Positions 58,417 to 64,000 of a DNA stretch of 64,000 nt are shown here, one piece after another. The stretch's first letter is position 1. The number at the start of each line of letters is the position of its first letter. Source of the stretch: an uncultured cyanobacterium (GTDB taxonomy: Bacteria > Cyanobacteriota > Cyanobacteriia > Pseudanabaenales > Pseudanabaenaceae); the NCBI GenBank assembly GCA_963703315.1, contig OY969811.1, positions 352,001 through 416,000 on the forward strand, in the 5' to 3' direction. Under the pieces are notes generated by a model that saw only the letters and a list, made by a program, of their open reading frames with translations, was not told where the DNA came from and made no database searches. A program made the position numbers and the translations under genes.

Positions 58417-59348
58417 GTCTATTAACTTCTTCCATTGATCTAGATACAATCACTCCACCAAGTGCAGTACCTAGTTCTCAATTTCCAGTACATCAAGTTG
58501 AGAACCTTGCTAATTTATTTTTAAAAGTTGGCGATACAGTTAGCCCAATCCTTTTACGCAAAGTTTCACCGATCGCTTTTGAAGTTTTAGAAGGTCATTT
58601 TGAATATTACGCAGCAATTAAAGCGCAGGAAATTGATGAGCAATTCACGGCGATTCGTGCATATATTGTGCCACCTGAATTAGAAACCACAATTTTGGAA
58701 CAGTATCAATTTTTGCGATCGCCTTCTGCATCAACACCTATTCCCAATCCTCCGCAAGTGACTAATGTATCTCCAGATTTAGATAAGATCGAAGAGGCGA
58801 TCGCTAATCGATTAGAGCAAAAATTAACTGCGGCGATCGAGAAAACCATTGAAGAACGTATCAGTGCGAGTTTGCAAGTAATTGTGGGGCAAGTTACCAA
58901 GCAACTAGATGCTCATTTAACCGATTTCCGTCAGTCTCTATCCCTTGTTCCCATTCACCAAATCCTTGAAGTTAAAAATCAACCTAATCAATCAATTCTA
59001 GAGGTAGTACCTGAAAAAGCTACTAAAACTGTTAAAACTCAAACGACTTCTAAAGCTGCACCTAAAGCCACAGCTAAACCTAAGACTGAGCGCGTCAAAA
59101 CTACAGCTAAAGATAAAAGTATTGATAATAATGATCCTAAAATCTCACAGGTGCTTAACGACTTTAATACCCTGAGTGTTGCGGATCTAGAGAGTAAATT
59201 GAAACAATCAGCGAAAGGGAATACCAAATTTGCCCGACCAATTCATGAGCAGCGATCGCAACAACTATTTACCTCGATTGATGATGTAGTGGCAAGAGTT
59301 GAGAAACTAGGTGAGGCAACGATCAAGAAGATCATCGCAGCTTGGTAG
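58413..59348 (+). CDS. ParB-like N-terminal domain protein with C-terminal HhH-like domain
   Basis: PILLR....FEVLEGHFEYYAA ParB/Srx-like segment; coiled coil; FTSIDDV..RV..LG..TI.KI; ATGA overlap with the parA-like gene. Confidence 0.65.
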   Translation: MSLLTSSIDLDTITPPSAVPSSQFPVHQVENLANLFLKVGDTVSPILLRKVSPIAFEVLEGHFEYYAAIKAQEIDEQFTAIRAYIVPPELETTILEQYQFLRSPSASTPIPNPPQVTNVSPDLDKIEEAIANRLEQKLTAAIEKTIEERISASLQVIVGQVTKQLDAHLTDFRQSLSLVPIHQILEVKNQPNQSILEVVPEKATKTVKTQTTSKAAPKATAKPKTERVKTTAKDKSIDNNDPKISQVLNDFNTLSVADLESKLKQSAKGNTKFARPIHEQRSQQLFTSIDDVVARVEKLGEATIKKIIAAW

Positions 59349-59533
59349 CAGATTGAGGCTGATTAGATTTTTTGGCAATGAATATAGATATAGTTAGCTA
59401 TATTCACACAATCGATTGTCCTAAAAAAATAACTAGTCTATGAGTATTTTTACTTATCGATATGGACAAATTTGTGTAAAATTATTAAGACTTTGTAAAA
59501 AAGCAACTTTATATACTAAAAACTTAAAATCTT

Positions 59534-60736
59534 ATGGCAAAAAAGAATCTCGCAAGCTTGACCTCTGCTGACTTAGCAGGCAAGAAAGTATTAGTCAGAG
59601 TCGATTTCAACGTTCCTCAAGACGAAACTGGCAAAATTACCGACGATACCCGTATTCGTGCCGCATTACCAACCATTAATTACCTCAGTGATGCAGGCGC
59701 TCGCGTCATCCTCACCAGTCACTTTGGCAGACCCAAAGGCGTAACCGAAAGTCTCCGTCTCAATCCTGTTGCAGTACGTTTATCTGAATTGCTTGGTAAG
59801 CCTGTAGTTAAGACCGATGATTGTATTGGTGATGCTGTTGCTGCACAAGTCAATGCGCTTAACAATGGCGATGTCGCTTTGCTAGAAAACGTGCGTTTCT
59901 ATCCTGAAGAAGAAAAGAACGATCCTGAATTTGCGAAGAAATTGGCTTCCTTGGCTGATATCTATGTAAATGATGCATTTGGTACTGCTCACCGCGCCCA
60001 TGCTTCGACTGAAGGCGTAACCAAGTACATCAGCACCTCCGTGGCAGGTTTCTTGCTCGACAAAGAATTGCAATACCTCAGTGGTGCGATCGACAATCCG
60101 CAGCGTCCTCTCGCGGCGATCGTTGGTGGTTCTAAGGTTTCCAGCAAGATCGGTGTCATCGAAACCCTGCTTGATAAGGTTGATGTATTGCTGATCGGCG
60201 GCGGGATGATCTTCACTTTCTACAAGGCGCGTGGCTTAAGTGTTGGTAAGTCCCTCGTGGAAGAAGACAAGTTGGAATTGGCTCGTGCTTTGGAAGTGAA
60301 GGCTAAAGAACGTGGCGTAAAGTTGTTACTACCTACCGATGTAGTGGTTGCGGATAACTTCAAACCTGATGCTAATGCTCAAACTGTCAGCATTGAAAAT
60401 ATTCCTGATGGTTGGATGGGCTTGGATATTGGTCCTGACTCCGTGAAGGTATTCCAAGATGCGCTTGCTGATTGCAAGTCCGTAATCTGGAATGGTCCTA
60501 TGGGTGTATTTGAATTTGATAAGTTTGCCGTTGGTACTGAGGCGATCGCCCATACCCTCGCTGGCTTGACCGAAAAAGGCACAATCACGATCATCGGCGG
60601 TGGTGACTCCGTAGCTGCCGTTGAGAAGGTTGGCGTTGCTGAAAAGATGAGCCACATCTCCACTGGTGGTGGTGCAAGCTTAGAATTGCTCGAAGGCAAA
60701 ATCCTCCCCGGTATTGCCGCTTTGAATGAAGCATAA
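59534..60736 (+). CDS. pgk: Phosphoglycerate kinase
   Basis: [43 protein letters not shown]. Confidence 0.98.
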   Translation: MAKKNLASLTSADLAGKKVLVRVDFNVPQDETGKITDDTRIRAALPTINYLSDAGARVILTSHFGRPKGVTESLRLNPVAVRLSELLGKPVVKTDDCIGDAVAAQVNALNNGDVALLENVRFYPEEEKNDPEFAKKLASLADIYVNDAFGTAHRAHASTEGVTKYISTSVAGFLLDKELQYLSGAIDNPQRPLAAIVGGSKVSSKIGVIETLLDKVDVLLIGGGMIFTFYKARGLSVGKSLVEEDKLELARALEVKAKERGVKLLLPTDVVVADNFKPDANAQTVSIENIPDGWMGLDIGPDSVKVFQDALADCKSVIWNGPMGVFEFDKFAVGTEAIAHTLAGLTEKGTITIIGGGDSVAAVEKVGVAEKMSHISTGGGASLELLEGKILPGIAALNEA

Positions 60737-60737
60737 G

Positions 60738-60772
60738 AAATAAAAAGGGTCGCTAAGCGACCCTTTTTATTT
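60738..60772. terminator. Bidirectional terminator between pgk and DUF29
   Basis: AAAAAGGGTCGC-taa-GCGACCCTTTTT between convergent genes. Confidence 0.8.
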
Positions 60773-61225
60773 AACCCAAAAATCAACATTTAACATTGAG
60801 TCAATATCTCGCTCAAACTGCCATGTATCAGGAAATTGATAGCCTTTTCTGGCGTACTCGCCCCTAACATCCTTTAAGGCATATTTCCAAGCGGAATCAA
60901 AAAACTCATCCCAAAATCTTTTAAGACTAGGCATATCATCAAGCTCAACCTCAATGTCAGTCCGTTGGGTTCTGATCGTATTTTCCCATCCCTCAAAGCA
61001 GTCAGGCATATTGACATACATTCGTTTGAGTAGATGGGTAAGTAACACCCGCAAGCGATTTCTGACTTCCTTTTTCTGAGATATGCCCAAGCTCTCGATC
61101 TCCTCTATCAAGTTTTCAAGATCCACATGATCAAAATCCTTAGCCTTGAGTTTGGCTATGGTGTCTTGAGTCCATAGGAAAAAATCGGACTCATATAGAG
61201 ATTTACGAGCAATAGCCTGTGTCAT
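60767..61225 (-). CDS. DUF29 family protein (close paralog of 54578-55051)
   Basis: LYESDFFLW...DLENLIEEIESLG...DMPSLKRFWDE...WQF.RDI..ML.V.FW. Confidence 0.9.
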   Translation of the reverse strand: MTQAIARKSLYESDFFLWTQDTIAKLKAKDFDHVDLENLIEEIESLGISQKKEVRNRLRVLLTHLLKRMYVNMPDCFEGWENTIRTQRTDIEVELDDMPSLKRFWDEFFDSAWKYALKDVRGEYARKGYQFPDTWQFERDIDSMLNVDFWVK

Positions 61226-61422
61226 TTTTATCTCCTAATGATGCCTACAGCACTTTGCGCTTAAACCAAAACTAAAAATGGCGTAGCCATTTTTAGTTTT
61301 AAAAACCCTTACTGGGTTTAATACCAATTCACAAAAGTGTGACAACACTTTTGTGAATTGGTATTAAACCTATAATCAATAAATCATTGGTGGTTCGGCT
61401 TTGCCGAACCACCAATGATTTA

Positions 61423-62241
61423 TTAACGGAAATTATCAGGATTAAGTCTTCTACCGCCGCCAGTGAAACCACTATTGCTCAAGCTAGCACCAGTACCACC
61501 ATCACTAGGATCAAGGAATGGCTTTAAGTAAAGGTTGCCACCACGCATATTAGAAGGTGTAGTAGCTGTAGAACGACTTGGTGATAACACGGAGTTAAGC
61601 ACACCATTGATACCTGAGAGATCAATGCCTAAACCGAGATCACTACTGATGTTACCTAAAGTGCGATCGCGTCCGCGATAGGTACTCACTGCCGTAGTTG
61701 TTTGACCACTATCAGCAGTCGCGAGATTTCCAAAGACCTTATCGCGAGTGGCGATCGGATCTTGCCCATTAGGAACCGTTAGCACAATTCGACAAGTAGA
61801 GTTTTTGTCAGTCGTTGCACAAATAACGTTGTAGCCATTTTCAGTACTGGTTCGCATTTCTACTAAACCATCAGGACGATAGGACTCTAAGCGACGGCTG
61901 ATTTCATTACAACGGCGTTCAGGTGACCAACCATCACCCATCGTACTAGGAGCAGCCCAAGGGAAATATTTCTGAGGTTGGCTCTTAGGTTGATAGACGA
62001 CGATGTATTGACCTTCACGCACCTGACAGCTAAAGCGAGCTGTTTTATTGTCCGTAGGGTTTGCCGCTTTATCGTTGGGATTTTCAGAAGGAAGTGTTGA
62101 AGGATTGGACGTAGGGTTTGTTTCAACAGGGATGACCTGAGCAATGCTGGGCATTGCTACTAGAGGTAGAGTAAGGGCGATCGCTACCGACAAGTAGCCA
62201 ATACGTCGAAATTTGGATAATCGATCAGGTTGGTAATTCAT
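61423..62241 (-). CDS. COP23 domain protein (secreted)
   Basis: Signal peptide, RFSC, GWSPERRC.EIS.R, NGYNVIC. Confidence 0.8.
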   Translation of the reverse strand: MNYQPDRLSKFRRIGYLSVAIALTLPLVAMPSIAQVIPVETNPTSNPSTLPSENPNDKAANPTDNKTARFSCQVREGQYIVVYQPKSQPQKYFPWAAPSTMGDGWSPERRCNEISRRLESYRPDGLVEMRTSTENGYNVICATTDKNSTCRIVLTVPNGQDPIATRDKVFGNLATADSGQTTTAVSTYRGRDRTLGNISSDLGLGIDLSGINGVLNSVLSPSRSTATTPSNMRGGNLYLKPFLDPSDGGTGASLSNSGFTGGGRRLNPDNFR

Positions 62242-62434
62242 AGAATTGGTGGGTGTGTAAGGAGTTGTGAAGGCAATGAATCAGAAATCCCCCCTAAATA
62301 TTTTGGTTGATCTTGAGATCTGTTACAGCATTGTGTCCACAAAAGATTTTATGGACAGACTATTGTTTGACCTACGATGTAGCTAACCACATCTTAATGA
62401 CATTAGTTTTAACCAAGATGTTCCCAAAATATTT

Positions 62435-63253
62435 TTAGTCAATTTCACTTTCTTCGGGATCTGCCCCTCTTGGTAACGGCTCTCGCAAAATTACAGTATT
62501 TTGTAGCTTACCAATACCCTCAATTTCTATATAAATGCGATCGCCTTCTTGAATTGGTCCTACGCCTTCTGGTGTACCTGTGAGGATCACATCCCCTGGT
62601 AATAAAGTCATGATCTGACTAATGTAGGAAACGATGTAGTCGGGAGAAAATACCATTTCATCAATTGGTGCGGACTGGCAGGGCTTTTTGACATCATTGA
62701 TAAAGGTTTGGAGTACGGCTGTGGGACTAATTTCTCTGACAATCCAAGGTCCCAAAGGACAGAAAGTATCAAATCCCTTACCCCTTGTCCATTGGCTATC
62801 ACTTCTTTGAATATCTCTAGCGGTAACATCGTTGGCGATCGTATAGCCCCAAATTGCAGCGATCGCTTGATTAGGAGTAAGGTTAAAAGCTTTTGCGCCA
62901 ATCACTAGAGCTAGCTCTCCCTCATACTCGACGCGCTTCGATTGCGGTGGCAAAGCAATCTTATCGTCAGGAGAAATAATGGTGGTGGTGGGTTTTAAGA
63001 ATATGATTGGCTCCTTCGGTACTTCTCCGCCCATCTCGGCGGCATGAGCCGAATAGTTTTTGCCAACAGCAACAATCTTGCTTGGTTCACAAGGAGCTAA
63101 AAGCTGATAGGTCTCTGGTGCAAGTAATTCACCATTTGGCTCCCCTCCCAGCCAAGGCGCTGTATTGAGTACCTTTACGGATTGATTTAACTCCAACAGA
63201 CCGTAATAAACTTCCCCTTGGAAAGTTTTTACGCGAACATAACGATCCGCCAT
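62435..63253 (-). CDS. Fumarylacetoacetate hydrolase family protein
   Basis: VGKNY..H, FLKP, YEGELA, NDVTARD, KGFDTFCPLGP, GDVILTGTP. Confidence 0.92.
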   Translation of the reverse strand: MADRYVRVKTFQGEVYYGLLELNQSVKVLNTAPWLGGEPNGELLAPETYQLLAPCEPSKIVAVGKNYSAHAAEMGGEVPKEPIIFLKPTTTIISPDDKIALPPQSKRVEYEGELALVIGAKAFNLTPNQAIAAIWGYTIANDVTARDIQRSDSQWTRGKGFDTFCPLGPWIVREISPTAVLQTFINDVKKPCQSAPIDEMVFSPDYIVSYISQIMTLLPGDVILTGTPEGVGPIQEGDRIYIEIEGIGKLQNTVILREPLPRGADPEESEID

Positions 63254-63521
63254 AGCATCTTGTGTGTATCTAAATATTTTAAGAGGGGCAACCTAGCAGA
63301 ATTGATTATATAGCAATCGCCAGTATAAACCTAGTTCACCAAAGAGAGTGGCGGTGCATTGCACCTCCTTTCTCTTTAAGGTTTTAATTGTGCCGCATAC
63401 AAAACCAAAAGACGAGTTGCGGTGCTTTGCACCGCAACTCGTCTTTTGGTTTTGTATCCTAAAAAGACTGGCGACAGCTATAGTTAATTTACAGAAATAT
63501 TGGTTCAGGAATTGTGTAGTG

Positions 63522-64000
63522 GTGACTCGGCAACAAATCGGGGTGATTGGTGGTGGGCAACTGGCTTGGATGATGGCGATCGCTGCCAAACGTCTTGGGC
63601 TAAAGCTGGCAGTACAGGCAGCAGTTCCTGATGAATCAGCAGTGCCTTTTGCCGATCGCGTGATTTATGGCAAGGTTGCTGATGCTACTGCCACAGCTAA
63701 GCTCGCTGAGTATTGCCAAGTAATTACCTTTGAGAATGAATTTGTTGATTTAGTTGCTTTGCAAGAATTGCTTAGTCAGGCGGGCGATCGCGGTTTATTG
63801 TTTTTACCAAAGTTAGAAACCTTAGCAATATCCGTCGATAAACTCAATCAGCGTCAACATTTTCGCGATCATCACATTCCCACACCCGAATTTTATAAGG
63901 TCGATACAGACACAGAACTTGTAGCGGCGGCGGAACGCTTGGGTTATCCTCTAGTACTCAAAGCCAGAAGGCATGGCTATGACGGCAAAGGAACTTGGGT
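63522..64000 (+). CDS. purK: N5-carboxyaminoimidazole ribonucleotide synthase (partial, runs off the window)
   Basis: IGVIGGGQLAWMM, VITFENEF, LKARRHGYDGKG; absent from the ORF track because there is no stop. Confidence 0.93.
   Translation, partial: MTRQQIGVIGGGQLAWMMAIAAKRLGLKLAVQAAVPDESAVPFADRVIYGKVADATATAKLAEYCQVITFENEFVDLVALQELLSQAGDRGLLFLPKLETLAISVDKLNQRQHFRDHHIPTPEFYKVDTDTELVAAAERLGYPLVLKARRHGYDGKGTW

Overview
Cyanobacterial chromosome segment: very dense HIP1 octamer GCGATCGC, petB/petD, ndhD and a CAB-domain ferrochelatase. Gene and repeat style suggests Pseudanabaena (inference). Most of the window is housekeeping genes (ribF, pyk, gcvP, hemH, cobK, nrdR, coaX, pgk, purK, two tRNAs) separated by many short palindromic repeats. 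The accessory centre (about 19.8-37.2 kb) is a WYL-flanked type III-B variant CRISPR-Cas locus: HD-less Cas10/Cmr2 with intact GGDD, Cmr3, Cmr4, Cmr5, a Cmr6-Cmr1 fusion, a PD-(D/E)xK-like gene and a CARF-HEPN candidate effector. No cas1, cas2 or cas6 is present in the window. A leaderless array of about 56 spacers follows, with unusually polymorphic 36-nt repeats carrying a near-HIP1 site. The array ends at a perfect HIP1 site and continues as small gene cassettes (xisH/xisI, Uma2, DUF433/PIN TA) delimited by decayed CRISPR repeats, duplicated junctions and a remnant of a second cmr5-like gene. A separate nuclease-ParA plus degenerate ParB-HhH operon (57.0-59.3 kb) is another uncharacterised candidate system. 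All calls come from motif recognition by eye; no searches were run.
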